Positions 1 through 10,118 of a stretch of DNA of 64,000 bases are shown here, piece by piece. The stretch lies in contig DHHD01000106.1 of the NCBI GenBank assembly GCA_002403105.1, forward strand, positions 18 to 64,017, read 5' to 3'. The notes beneath the pieces are model-generated. The model made no database searches. It saw nothing but the letters and a program-made list of their open reading frames with translations, and was not told the origin of the DNA. The DNA comes from Anaerolineaceae bacterium UBA4781 (GTDB taxonomy: Bacteria; Chloroflexota; Anaerolineae; Anaerolineales; Anaerolineaceae). A program made the position numbers and the translations under genes. How positions within the stretch are numbered: position 1 is the stretch's first letter; every line of letters starts with the position of its first letter.

Positions 1-66
1 TCTATCACAGTATTTGACGCTCCTCCTTTTCAAAGTTACAATCATATTTTCTGAAAGGAATAGAGT

Positions 67-288
67 ATGCCAATCTATGAATATATCTGTCTGAATTGTA
101 GAACAACCTTCGATCAAATCAGGCCTTTTTCGCAAGCAGATCAATCGATCGCTTGCCCCAAATGTGCTCAAATGAATATGAAAAGGAAACTTTCAACATG
201 TTTTTCACATAATGAATCAGGAGAGAGTTCCCATTCATCCCATTCGTGTGGTTCCTGCAGCGGCGGATCCTGTTCCGGTTGTCATTAA
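67..288 (+). CDS. FmdB-family zinc-ribbon protein with Cys/Ser/Gly/His-rich tail
   Basis: N-terminal 'MPIYEYICLNC ... CPKC' pair of CxxC knuckles typical of the FmdB zinc-ribbon family; tail 'SHSCGSCSGGSCSGCH'. Confidence 0.7.
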   Translation: MPIYEYICLNCRTTFDQIRPFSQADQSIACPKCAQMNMKRKLSTCFSHNESGESSHSSHSCGSCSGGSCSGCH

Positions 289-303
289 AGAAATGAGGGA
301 AAT

Positions 304-1116
304 ATGAAGATTTTTAAAAATAAAAAAGTATTGATCACTGGCGGTTCTAGTGGAATTGGCCTTGCGTTGGCTGAAAAATTAGTAGCAGCAGGTGCTAACC
401 TCTGGATCCTCGCCAGACGAGAAAAGCTGCTGGATGAAACTGTCTCTCAACTTTCTTTGAAAAAAGTATCCAGTGACCAAATAATTGGAAAGATTAAAGC
501 AGATGTTTCTAATTATTCTGATTTGAAATCCGCATTAGGTGAAGTATTCAATGAAAATAATATTCCTGATCTGTTGATCAATTCAGCAGGAGTAGTACAT
601 CCAGGGGAATTTCTTAAAATGGAACCAGAAGACTTCCAAGCAGATATCGATATTGATTATTTGGGCACTGTATATACAACCAGGATCATTGCACCATTAA
701 TGGTGCGAAACAGATCCGGGCATATTGTTAATATCAGTTCACTTGCAGGAATTGTTCCTATTTATGGTTATTCGGCATACTCTCCAGCAAAAAGCGCCAT
801 CAGTATTTTTTCAAGTATTTTAAAAACTGAGCTAACCCCTTATAATATACATGTTTCGGTGGTTTATCCTTCTGACACTACTACCCCGCAATTGGATTTC
901 GATAATGCTCATAAACCAGCAATAACCAAGGAAATTACAAAAGGCGGTGGTTTGCAGTCAGCCGATCAAGTTGCAGAAATAATTCTCAAAGGTATCCAAA
1001 AAAATAAATTCACCATCATTCCGACCTTTATTGCAAAAGTTTTAAAGCCTTTTTCTACGATTGTTGGACAAGTTTTTCATATTTTTGCAGTTTCAGAATT
1101 CAAAAAGGAAAAATAG
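304..1116 (+). CDS. Short-chain dehydrogenase/reductase (SDR)
   Basis: 'TGGSSGIGLA' dinucleotide-binding motif and 'YSPAKSA' (YxxxK) catalytic motif; substrate not assignable. Confidence 0.85.
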   Translation: MKIFKNKKVLITGGSSGIGLALAEKLVAAGANLWILARREKLLDETVSQLSLKKVSSDQIIGKIKADVSNYSDLKSALGEVFNENNIPDLLINSAGVVHPGEFLKMEPEDFQADIDIDYLGTVYTTRIIAPLMVRNRSGHIVNISSLAGIVPIYGYSAYSPAKSAISIFSSILKTELTPYNIHVSVVYPSDTTTPQLDFDNAHKPAITKEITKGGGLQSADQVAEIILKGIQKNKFTIIPTFIAKVLKPFSTIVGQVFHIFAVSEFKKEK

Positions 1117-1221
1117 TTTTTGTAATTATCGGTTTCAAGAATACCGAGCTTATTCTTAACTCCAAGTCATTTGCAGTGTTATACTGGGCTTGAATTTATT
1201 TCCATTTTAATTGAGGTGAAA

Positions 1222-2145
1222 ATGAAAAAAGATTTCCTGGCAGTTTCTGATTATTCCGCTGATGAATTGAATGATCTCATTGATCTTGCTATTGATCTAA
1301 AAACTGAATATTTCAAGCACGGTAATCCTCCTCTTTTGAAGGGAAAAGTTCTGGGAATGATCTTCAATAAACCCAGCTTGCGAACACGCATCAGTTTTGA
1401 TATGGCCATGCGTCATCTGGGCGGTGATGCGTTATTCATCTCTCCCAATGAGATCGGGCTTGGAAAAAGGGAATCCATTGCAGATATCGCGCGAGTGCTC
1501 TCAGGTTACGTTCAGGGGATCATGGCAAGAGTGTTCGAGCATGACCATGTATTGGAATTGGCAAAATGGTCTGCTGTGCCTGTGATTAACGGCCTTAGCG
1601 ATTATAACCATCCCTGCCAGGCAATGGCTGATATCCTTACAATAAAAGAAAATTATGGGAAGCTGCAGGGCTTGAATGTAACATTCATTGGGGACGGCAA
1701 TAACGTTGCAGTCTCTTTGATGCACATCTGTGCTAAATTGGGTTTAAATTTCGCGATCGCCAATCCTGAAGGATATGATATTTCTGAAAAAGCTGTTGAA
1801 TTGGCACACAAGTTTACTACTACTTCTAAGAGCCAGATCAAATTTTATCGCGACCCGCATGAAGCAGTAATTGGAGCGGATGTCATTTACACGGATACCT
1901 GGACTAGTATGGGTCAGGAAGAAGAAACACAAAAAAGAGAGAAGGTATTCCCACCCTACCAAGTCAATCAAAAGCTTCTGTCAGAAGCCAATCCAGAGGT
2001 GATCGTTTTACACTGCTTGCCAGCTCACCGCGGACAGGAAATTACAGATGTAGTGGCAGATGGTCCTCACTCTCGCCTCTTCCCCCAAGCACATAACCGC
2101 CTGCATGCCCAAAAAGCGATCGTACTTCAATTAATGCAAGGATGA
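1222..2145 (+). CDS. argF: Ornithine carbamoyltransferase
   Basis: 'SLRTRISF', 'HPCQAMAD', 'HCLPAHRGQE' motifs. ATG at 1222 is preceded by GAGGTG; the track start (TTG 1171) looks like an upstream extension. Confidence 0.9.
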   Translation: MKKDFLAVSDYSADELNDLIDLAIDLKTEYFKHGNPPLLKGKVLGMIFNKPSLRTRISFDMAMRHLGGDALFISPNEIGLGKRESIADIARVLSGYVQGIMARVFEHDHVLELAKWSAVPVINGLSDYNHPCQAMADILTIKENYGKLQGLNVTFIGDGNNVAVSLMHICAKLGLNFAIANPEGYDISEKAVELAHKFTTTSKSQIKFYRDPHEAVIGADVIYTDTWTSMGQEEETQKREKVFPPYQVNQKLLSEANPEVIVLHCLPAHRGQEITDVVADGPHSRLFPQAHNRLHAQKAIVLQLMQG

Positions 2146-2148
2146 ACC

Positions 2149-3348
2149 ATGATGAAAACTGCTGATTATATTAATCTCTCTGAACAATATGGCGCTCATA
2201 ACTATAAGCCACTGGATGTCGTTATTTCCAAGGGCGAAGGTGTCTGGGTATATGATGTGGAAGGGAATAAATATCTTGATTGTTTGAGTGCTTATTCCGC
2301 TCTCAACCAGGGGCATGTCCACCCTACCATTCTGAAAGCCCTCATCGAACAGGCGGAAAAATTGACCTTGACTTCACGGGCTTTTCGCAATGATCAATTA
2401 CCTCTCTTTTACAAAGAGCTTGCAGATCTAACTGGTTATGAAATGGTACTTCCTATGAACAGTGGCGCGGAAGCAGTAGAAACTGCATTAAAGATCGCCA
2501 GAAAATGGGCTTATGCTGTAAAGAAAATCCCAAGAAGTAAAGCAGAGATCATTGTTGCAGATGGAAATTTCCATGGAAGAACGATCTCGATCATTTCTTT
2601 TTCTTCGGAAGCCTTTTATAAGGATGATTTTGGGCCTCACACACCCGGGTTCATCTCTGTTCCTTATGGTGATATTGATTCTCTCAAGGCTGCCATCACA
2701 CCTAATACAGCTGCCATTATGATCGAACCAATTCAAGGAGAAGGCGGTGTCATCATTCCTCCCTCGGGATATTTGAAAGCGGTTCGAGCAACATGTGACA
2801 AAAACAATGTTCTGTTCATTGCCGATGAAATTCAAACCGGCTTGGGTAGAACCGGTAAGTTATTCGCTTGTGACCATGAAAATGTCCGTCCGGATTTGAT
2901 GGTGCTTGGTAAAGCCTTAGGCGGTGGTTTTTATCCAGTTTCAGCGGTATTATCCAACCGGGAAGTACTAGGATTATTTCAGCCCGGTGAGCATGGTTCT
3001 ACATTTGGTGGAAACCCTCTAGCAGCTGCCGTCGCACGGGCATCCCTCAAAGTCATTATTGATGAACATCTCATCGAAAATGCTGCTCAACTGGGCGATT
3101 ATTTCCGCGATCAGCTTGCCGAAATTCCCAGCAAGCATATCAAAGAAGTAAGAGGAAAAGGTTTATTGATCGGGGTAGAATTAAAACCAGAAGCAGGTGG
3201 CGCAAGAAAGTATTGCGAGAAATTGCAGGAATCCGGGATCCTTGCCAAAGAAACGCATGAATCTATCATTCGTTTTGCACCGCCCTTGATCATCGATCAA
3301 CAAACTATTGATTGGGCACTAGATAAAATTCGTCCTGTTTTATTGTGA
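2149..3348 (+). CDS. rocD: Ornithine aminotransferase (class III PLP aminotransferase)
   Basis: Near full-length resemblance to RocD-type OAT ('YGAHNYKPL', '[11 protein letters not shown]', 'LTSRAF.NDQL', '[14 protein letters not shown]'). Confidence 0.85.
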   Translation: MMKTADYINLSEQYGAHNYKPLDVVISKGEGVWVYDVEGNKYLDCLSAYSALNQGHVHPTILKALIEQAEKLTLTSRAFRNDQLPLFYKELADLTGYEMVLPMNSGAEAVETALKIARKWAYAVKKIPRSKAEIIVADGNFHGRTISIISFSSEAFYKDDFGPHTPGFISVPYGDIDSLKAAITPNTAAIMIEPIQGEGGVIIPPSGYLKAVRATCDKNNVLFIADEIQTGLGRTGKLFACDHENVRPDLMVLGKALGGGFYPVSAVLSNREVLGLFQPGEHGSTFGGNPLAAAVARASLKVIIDEHLIENAAQLGDYFRDQLAEIPSKHIKEVRGKGLLIGVELKPEAGGARKYCEKLQESGILAKETHESIIRFAPPLIIDQQTIDWALDKIRPVLL

Positions 3349-3355
3349 GAATCCA

Positions 3356-4843
3356 ATGGTATCTTTTACTAACGTAACAAGTAATCGCCGTACAAAAATT
3401 GTTGCAACACTTGGGCCAAGCAGCAATACAGCAATTATTCTGGAAGAACTCATTAAAAGTGGTTTGGATGTTGCCCGCTTAAATTTTTCACACGGTACTC
3501 ACGAAAGCCATAGAGCATTGATCCAACTCATCCGCCAGACTGCTGAGAAACTTAATGAAACAATTGCCATTCTACAGGATCTGCAGGGCCCAAAGTTACG
3601 CGTAGGAGATTTACCCTCAGGTTCCATTCAACTAAAAGCCGGCCAAATAATACGTTTTGTCTGCATCGAAACAGAGGGGGGTGCTCATCCAGTAGAGAGT
3701 ATCGCAACCATCCCTCTGGATATCCCTGATGTATTCTCATCGTTAGCAGTTGGAAATCGTGTATTACTTGATGATGGTAAATTAGAAATGGAGATCATCG
3801 AAGTCGGGAATGATGAAGCCATGGCAAAAGTAACTTTGGGGGGGGAGCTGAAATCGAATAAAGGGGTAAATCTACCCGGTATCAGTTTGGATATCCCGGG
3901 TTTTACTGAGAAAGACCGCGAAGATCTTATTTTTGGATTATCGCAAGGTGTTGATGCGATTGCAATTTCATTTGTTCGTGACGCACAGGATGTGCAGTAT
4001 GTCCGCGATGCAATCCGTTCAATTGATCCCGAACAGCAAAATATTCCCATCATTGCTAAATTGGAACTGCCTGAGGCGATCAAAAATCTTGCATCGATCA
4101 TAGCCTGTGCAGATGGAGTAATGGTTGCACGGGGTGATCTGGCGGTTGAAACTTCTGCAGCGGCAGTTCCGATTATTCAAAAAGAAATTATCGAAATGGC
4201 AAATCGCAAAGCCAAACTTGTCATCACGGCTACCCAAATGTTGGACTCCATGATCCACAATCCCCGACCTACCCGAGCCGAAGCCTCTGATGTAGCCAAT
4301 GCCATTCTTGATGGAACGGATGCCGTCATGCTTTCTGGAGAAACCGCCAGCGGTGAGTATCCTATTGAGAGCGTACGAATGATGAATTCCATTATTCTTG
4401 AAGCAGAGAAGAACATGCATCGCTGGGGTAAATTCGCACCCTTCAAACAAATTAATAATGAGGATGATGCAATGGCGCTTTCATTGGCAGCGCGTGAATT
4501 GGCCAATGAACGAAATGTCTCCGCAGTTGCTGTCTTTACACAAAGTGGGCGTTCTGCAGTTCTCCAATCTAAAGCACGTCCTAACGTTCCTATTCTGGCA
4601 TTCACTCCAAATAAAAGGACATATCAACGTCTGAGTCTATATTGGGGTGTCATCCCATTCTTGGTTCCATTCTCCAGTACATTAAAAGACATGATCACTC
4701 ATGTAGAAGAAACAATGTTCAAATGTACAGATATCAAAGAAGGCCAGAAGGTTATTATTGTTTCCGGTTTTCCGATCGGAGCGATGCGTTCAACCAATCT
4801 TGCGCTGCTGCACACAATTGGCAGTATTCAAAACATCGATTGA
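3356..4843 (+). CDS. pyk: Pyruvate kinase
   Basis: 'RRTKIVATLGPS', 'ARLNFSHG', 'MVARGDLAVE' motifs. Confidence 0.9.
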   Translation: MVSFTNVTSNRRTKIVATLGPSSNTAIILEELIKSGLDVARLNFSHGTHESHRALIQLIRQTAEKLNETIAILQDLQGPKLRVGDLPSGSIQLKAGQIIRFVCIETEGGAHPVESIATIPLDIPDVFSSLAVGNRVLLDDGKLEMEIIEVGNDEAMAKVTLGGELKSNKGVNLPGISLDIPGFTEKDREDLIFGLSQGVDAIAISFVRDAQDVQYVRDAIRSIDPEQQNIPIIAKLELPEAIKNLASIIACADGVMVARGDLAVETSAAAVPIIQKEIIEMANRKAKLVITATQMLDSMIHNPRPTRAEASDVANAILDGTDAVMLSGETASGEYPIESVRMMNSIILEAEKNMHRWGKFAPFKQINNEDDAMALSLAARELANERNVSAVAVFTQSGRSAVLQSKARPNVPILAFTPNKRTYQRLSLYWGVIPFLVPFSSTLKDMITHVEETMFKCTDIKEGQKVIIVSGFPIGAMRSTNLALLHTIGSIQNID

Positions 4844-4848
4844 CGTAT

Positions 4849-5889
4849 CTAAATAAATTTACTGTTAATTTTCTCTAAAGCATCCTGTGAAGGTCTTATC
4901 TTTTCAACGGGTAACCGGTTCAATGGTGTTTTTCCCAGGTCATACATATCCAGCATATTCACGGCATCTGGGTTGACATAGATCAATCCTGTGATTAACC
5001 ATTTGTTTTTTATGGCATCTGATAAAACTCGCAGTGCTTCTTTGCGGTTGGTTGGATCATATTCTTTGTCAACTTTCTTCAGCACAATTGTTGACCCGTC
5101 ATGTAATGCTACTTCTCGCAATTCACCATGGCTAAAATCTTCCACAGTGATCTCGTCTCGTGAAGGGACAAATTCAACTTCATGCAGTGGATCTTCATGC
5201 CCTTTACCCCAAGAATAAGAATGTAGGGCATTTTCCTTGTTATTAAAAGTAACGCAAGGGCTGATGATATCAATGACAGCGGTTCCTTCATGGCTTAATG
5301 CTGCTTTTATGATCTCTTTGACCTGTTTGGGATCGCCCGCAAAGGATCTGGCAACAAAAGTGGCATTGGCAGCCAGTGCTTCCAATGCAATATCCACCGG
5401 TAGATACACGTTTTGACCCTGTTTCTTTAAAGAGAGTCCATAATCTGCAGTTGCTGAGAACTGCCCTTTGGTCAATCCGTATACACCATTGTTTTCGACA
5501 ATATATACCAGCGGCATGTTTCTCCGCACGAGATGTTTAAATTGTCCTAATCCAATGTTTGCCGTATCACCATCCCCACTGATACCTAACCCCTTGAGAG
5601 TAACATTAGCGAATAATGCACCAGTTGCCATGGATGGCATTCTGCCATGCAATCCATTGAATCCAAATGAGTTCTTCAGAAAATAAGTAGGACTTTTGCT
5701 GGAACATCCAATTCCACTAAATTTAACAACCTGTTCTGGTTTTAGGTTCAATTCGTAGCAGGCAGAAATGATCATATTGGAAATGCTGTTATGCCCACAT
5801 CCTTTGCACAATGTGCTTGGTTCGCCAATATAGTCATTGCGTGTTAACCCTGCTGTATTCGTTTTTTCTAAATTATTCGTAGTATTCAT
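4849..5889 (-). CDS. 2-oxoacid:ferredoxin oxidoreductase, beta (TPP-binding) subunit
   Basis: 'CKGCGHNS' and 'GDGDTANIG' TPP-site motifs. ATG at 5889 overlaps the upstream stop as ATGA and is preceded by AGGAGAAGG; the track start 5955 is an extension into the alpha gene. Confidence 0.85.
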   Translation of the reverse strand: MNTTNNLEKTNTAGLTRNDYIGEPSTLCKGCGHNSISNMIISACYELNLKPEQVVKFSGIGCSSKSPTYFLKNSFGFNGLHGRMPSMATGALFANVTLKGLGISGDGDTANIGLGQFKHLVRRNMPLVYIVENNGVYGLTKGQFSATADYGLSLKKQGQNVYLPVDIALEALAANATFVARSFAGDPKQVKEIIKAALSHEGTAVIDIISPCVTFNNKENALHSYSWGKGHEDPLHEVEFVPSRDEITVEDFSHGELREVALHDGSTIVLKKVDKEYDPTNRKEALRVLSDAIKNKWLITGLIYVNPDAVNMLDMYDLGKTPLNRLPVEKIRPSQDALEKINSKFI

Positions 5890-7685
5890 GCCTTCTCCTG
5901 ATCGTTGAAACATCCGACGATCCATTTTGCTGTCAAAGAAAGTCCATCTAAACAAGCGATCTTTCGAATCTTGTCAGCATATATTGGAAAATTCATCATG
6001 AGTATTTGTGCCATTTGCCCATCACGGTTCGCTTCGATTACATAAATACGTTCATGGTTCTTAATAAATTCTTTCAGTTCGTCTTGAAAAGGTATCGAGC
6101 GGATGCGTAGATAATCTACTTTTTTTCCTGCTTCTTTCAGATTATCACATGCTTCTTCAGTTCCATAGTGAGAAGACCCGTAGGATAAGAATCCAACAGC
6201 ACCGTGATTCTCTCTTTCCAATATAGGATTGGGGTCAATTTCAAGTGATTTTTGAAATTTCTTTTTGATTCTGTCATGTTCGTTCTTCCAGGTTTCCGGG
6301 TCTTCCGTATAATTCGCGAATTCGTCATGCCCCGTTCCTCGAGCAAAATATGCAGCTTTTGAATGGGTATTCCCAGGCAATGTTCGATACGTAATACCGT
6401 CACCATCTACGTCAGAATATCTGCCCCATTTCCTTTCAGTTTTTCTTAATATCTTTTCAATATCCTCTTCCCATAAGATCTTCCCTCGTTGAATGGGAGT
6501 TTTAGGATAGATAAATTTTGGTGTCATCCAATTATTCATCCCCAAATCCAAATCGCTTAACACGATCACCGGAGTTTGAATCTGTTCAGCAATATCTAAA
6601 GCTCTCCAACCGAATTCAAAGCATTCCTGAACACTGCCGGGCAGAAGAATTATATAATCTGTATCTCCATGACTCAAGAAATAAGAGAAAGTTAGATCAC
6701 CTTGTGAAGTCCGTGTTGGTAAGCCCGTGCTCGGGCCAACACGCTGAACATCCCAAATTACCACAGGCACTTCACTCTGATATGCCAGTCCGATATATTC
6801 GGCCATTAAGCATAAACCAGGGCCGGATGTTGAAGTCATCGAACGCAGCCCTGCCCATCCCGCACCAATTGTCATCCCAATGGCTGCCAGTTCGTCTTCA
6901 GCTTGAACAATCACACAGGTTGTCTTTCCTGTTTCAGGATCATTTCTCAATTGGGGATTATATTCATTTAAACATTCCGCCAACTCGGTAGCAGGCGTTA
7001 TAGGATACCAGGCAGAAAATTGTAATCCGCCAAATAATGCCCCGAGTGCTGCTGCTTGGTTACCATCCGTGACAATAAAATTTTCAGTTAAATTGCGTTT
7101 TTCCAATTTATAAGTGCAGGTATTTTTAGATACCTGTGTCACAGTGTCATGCGCAGCTTGCACAACATCCATATTCGGTTTGACTGCTTTGTTACTATTA
7201 TTAAAATGTTGATTTAATGTTTCTTCAATTAACGGCAATTCGATTTCGATAAGAGCTGACAACACCCCTACATAAACCATGTTCATTAGGTAAACATTCA
7301 AATTGGCTGGCGATTCTGTTTTTTCCAGTACTTCCTGTATGGGTAATTGCAGTACCTGGAATTGGTGAGAAATAGAATCCGGTATCGGTTGATCAGATAA
7401 TATTAATCCCCCTTTTTTTGTTTTTTCAATATCATCCAGCAGAACTGCCTTGTTCAGGTTTATTAGAATATCAAATTCATCTACTCTTGCTAAATGCTTT
7501 TTCTCACTTACTCGCAATGAATACCAGGTAGGAAGTCCCTGAATATTGGATGGAAAAATATTTCGAGATGAAATAGGAATTCCCATCTTGAAGATCGCCT
7601 TCATTAATGCATTATTTGCTGTTGCACTTCCCGACCCATTAACGGTACTGACCAATATTGAGAATTCATTTATTGTTTTTTGCAT
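5886..7685 (-). CDS. 2-oxoacid:ferredoxin oxidoreductase, fused gamma-alpha subunit
   Basis: N-terminal POR-gamma-like segment followed by an alpha-type domain; adjacent and translationally coupled to the beta subunit. Confidence 0.85.
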   Translation of the reverse strand: MQKTINEFSILVSTVNGSGSATANNALMKAIFKMGIPISSRNIFPSNIQGLPTWYSLRVSEKKHLARVDEFDILINLNKAVLLDDIEKTKKGGLILSDQPIPDSISHQFQVLQLPIQEVLEKTESPANLNVYLMNMVYVGVLSALIEIELPLIEETLNQHFNNSNKAVKPNMDVVQAAHDTVTQVSKNTCTYKLEKRNLTENFIVTDGNQAAALGALFGGLQFSAWYPITPATELAECLNEYNPQLRNDPETGKTTCVIVQAEDELAAIGMTIGAGWAGLRSMTSTSGPGLCLMAEYIGLAYQSEVPVVIWDVQRVGPSTGLPTRTSQGDLTFSYFLSHGDTDYIILLPGSVQECFEFGWRALDIAEQIQTPVIVLSDLDLGMNNWMTPKFIYPKTPIQRGKILWEEDIEKILRKTERKWGRYSDVDGDGITYRTLPGNTHSKAAYFARGTGHDEFANYTEDPETWKNEHDRIKKKFQKSLEIDPNPILERENHGAVGFLSYGSSHYGTEEACDNLKEAGKKVDYLRIRSIPFQDELKEFIKNHERIYVIEANRDGQMAQILMMNFPIYADKIRKIACLDGLSLTAKWIVGCFNDQEKA

Positions 7686-7696
7686 GGTTTCCCTTT

Positions 7697-8365
7697 TTAC
7701 CGCTTATACAATAATTTTATGTGCTCATTGAGAAGGAGCAGCCCTTTTTGGTAATCTTTTCCTTTTATGGCTTCTACAATGCTGTTGTGGTACTCCCAAA
7801 CTTTATCCTGATAATTAAGATCAGTATATAAGTTCAATCCGACAGCTTCATACAAGGTCCAATAGGTATTTAGAATACCTACTACATACAAGTTATCCAA
7901 TTTTTTGTAAATGCTCAAATGCAATTCTTTATGTTCTCGATGTGGTATTCGTATTGGATTTCCATGCAATTTTGCATTGGCATTTATGACATATTGTTCC
8001 AATTGTTCAATGTCAGCTTGTTCCAATCTTTCCACTGCTGTGATAAACCAGGCCTGTTCAATTCGATCACGCAGATCGGAAAACTGATAAAAATATTTCA
8101 TATCGATGGCTGCAGCAATGATGGATGTTTGTCGTAATCCGGTAGAAATATCGATCTCTCGGATATGTAATCCATGTCGTGGTCGCGCATCCAACAATCC
8201 CAACATTTTCAGAGCTTCAATTTGTTCGCGCAGAGTTGGAACGCTCATTTCCAACTCTGCGCTCAGTTCTTGAATTGGCGGAAGATCATCTCTTCCTGCT
8301 TTTATTCTTTGGGTGATGTAATGGAGAAGCTTACTTTGGTTGTCACTGAAATATTGTTCAAGCAT
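7697..8365 (-). CDS. GntR/FadR-family transcriptional regulator
   Basis: N-terminal winged HTH ('IQELSAELEMSVPTLREQIEALKMLGLL') plus helical FCD-like C-terminus; 11 nt upstream of the oxidoreductase genes. Confidence 0.8.
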   Translation of the reverse strand: MLEQYFSDNQSKLLHYITQRIKAGRDDLPPIQELSAELEMSVPTLREQIEALKMLGLLDARPRHGLHIREIDISTGLRQTSIIAAAIDMKYFYQFSDLRDRIEQAWFITAVERLEQADIEQLEQYVINANAKLHGNPIRIPHREHKELHLSIYKKLDNLYVVGILNTYWTLYEAVGLNLYTDLNYQDKVWEYHNSIVEAIKGKDYQKGLLLLNEHIKLLYKR

Positions 8366-8468
8366 AATTGCTCTTATTAATCTGTTTAATCAGTTCTTTA
8401 AGCATAAAACAATCCACCTATAATTCAATATCTTTTTGGTTAAAGGTGATATTTGGTTGTTTTTTATG

Positions 8469-9266
8469 TTATTTTCGTATTACGAGTCGATGGAATTCTT
8501 CAAAATATTTCTTTTTCCCAAAGATTACTTTCCCCCGGTTTTTCATTCTGTCTTTGAATACCTCAGAATTTCCAATTTGAGATTTGTGTTTTAAGAGCGC
8601 TGCGATCTTTGTTTCCCATTGCATGGTGACATCCACAACAATATTGGCTTCCAGTGGTAAAGAAAGCCATAATTCCTGTATATGATGGCTGTTAAAACCT
8701 TCATCTAATAATTCGGGGTAAAAATCATCGTTCTGTACTGCTGGGAAAATTGCTTCTACAACTGCTAATCCAGCAGCTCGATGGTCAGGATGGTTGATCG
8801 ATTCGCCATGAATAAAGAAATTGCTGGGATCACACGAAACAACAATATCTGGCTGTTCTTTGCGCATTACTTGAACCAATTCTTTACGTAAACTCAAAGT
8901 AGCTTCCAAAAATCCATCCGGATGATTCATGAATAAGACTTTTTGGGCACCGATCGCGAAAGCAGCTTCTTTTTGTTCTTTTTCTCTGATTTCTTTGATG
9001 TAATCGATGTCAGAGAATTCAGTATTTGTTCCTTTTTCGCCATGTGTGAGCAAACAATATGTAATTTGATGTCCTTCGCCAGCCCATTTTGCCAGAGTTG
9101 CACCACAAAAAAATTCAGGATCATCCGGATGTGCCAGAATCACCAGAATTTTCTTTTGATCATCCCAGGTTCTTGAATCAGTGAACGTTGTTTTTGTGGT
9201 TTGAAGTATTTTGCTCATTGTTTTGTGCTGGTTTATTTCGTTGTTGTGGATTTTCAGGTAATCCAT
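8469..9266 (-). CDS. PIG-L/LmbE-family deacetylase
   Basis: 'ILAHPDDPEF' and 'HPDH' metal-site motifs. Start uncertain (ATG 9266 or ATG 9218); both overlap the 3' end of the upstream gene. Confidence 0.75.
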   Translation of the reverse strand: MDYLKIHNNEINQHKTMSKILQTTKTTFTDSRTWDDQKKILVILAHPDDPEFFCGATLAKWAGEGHQITYCLLTHGEKGTNTEFSDIDYIKEIREKEQKEAAFAIGAQKVLFMNHPDGFLEATLSLRKELVQVMRKEQPDIVVSCDPSNFFIHGESINHPDHRAAGLAVVEAIFPAVQNDDFYPELLDEGFNSHHIQELWLSLPLEANIVVDVTMQWETKIAALLKHKSQIGNSEVFKDRMKNRGKVIFGKKKYFEEFHRLVIRK

Positions 9267-10110
9267 TCAATACTTCAATCTCTTCGATTGGAAATTCTTT
9301 GACCCCAATTTCAGGCAAACTTACCAGGACAGTTTTCCTCAAAGGATAAACATCTCTGATACGCCCCTCCCCTTTTGGGGTCATAACGCGTTTATTCTTC
9401 TTCGGCATACCCTTCATTGAATCACGATACAGGCAATACTCATAATTCAAGCAGCAGCGTAATCTCTCGCACATTCCAGTAATATCAGTTGGCGTAAGTG
9501 AAATACCTTGTGTTTTTGCCATCCTGATCGAGATCGAATCAAAATCAGTTAGAAACCTCGCGCAGCAGCGAATTTCTAATCCACATGCGCCCATTCCACC
9601 AAAGTATTTTGCAGCATCGCGTGGTCCAATTTTGTGAAAGTTGATCTTATGTTTTGGAAAATCCTTTTTTAGTGAATCTTGCATTCTTTTAAAATTGGTG
9701 ATCTTATCATCTTCACTGGTATAGTGAAATGTAATACAGTTTCCATCGAAACTGATTTCCGTGTAGATGAATTTCATGCCTTCTACGTTCAATTCGCGAA
9801 TACATTTGGCTATCCGCATATTCGCTTCTTGTTCGTTTTCTTCAATTTCCACACGTTTTTTTAAATCTGATTCTGTAGCTTTCCGTTCAATTTTCTTGAC
9901 CTTATCCAATTCGAGTGTAGATATATCTTCGATTACAACAACAATTTCTCCCAGCTGCCAACCGCGAGTGGTCTGCACTACCACAAAATCACCTAATTTA
10001 ACATCCTCAAATGCCGTAGCATCGAAATTATAGCTTTTGCTGATCTTTGAAAAACGAACACCAACTATTACTGGTTTTCGCTGTTCTTGAATAGATTCTT
10101 GATCTGTCAT
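9178..10110 (-). CDS. PSP1-domain protein (YaaT/RicT-like)
   Basis: N-terminal 'VGVRFSKISKSYNFDA' and Cys-rich PSP1 C-terminal region ('GACGLEIRCCARF', 'CERLRCCLNYE'). Confidence 0.8.
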   Translation of the reverse strand: MTDQESIQEQRKPVIVGVRFSKISKSYNFDATAFEDVKLGDFVVVQTTRGWQLGEIVVVIEDISTLELDKVKKIERKATESDLKKRVEIEENEQEANMRIAKCIRELNVEGMKFIYTEISFDGNCITFHYTSEDDKITNFKRMQDSLKKDFPKHKINFHKIGPRDAAKYFGGMGACGLEIRCCARFLTDFDSISIRMAKTQGISLTPTDITGMCERLRCCLNYEYCLYRDSMKGMPKKNKRVMTPKGEGRIRDVYPLRKTVLVSLPEIGVKEFPIEEIEVLNGLPENPQQRNKPAQNNEQNTSNHKNNVH

Positions 10111-10118
10111 GATTGGAG

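Noticed and set aside
1171-1221. Upstream extensions of track ORFs (argF 1171, trmFO 32756, acetyl-CoA synthetase 40312, 2-TM protein 28407, oxidoreductase beta 5955, pfkA 49400, Ldh_2 52809, S component 63206)
   Set aside because: In each case homology to the family begins at an internal start codon that has a Shine-Dalgarno sequence, and the extension overlaps a neighbouring gene, promoter or leader structure.
3552-4605. Long antisense ORFs inside pyk, and similar ones inside alaS, glmS, the TPR gene, rel and the ECF genes
   Set aside because: They are fully embedded opposite well-supported genes and have no RBS or motifs, so they are treated as shadow ORFs.
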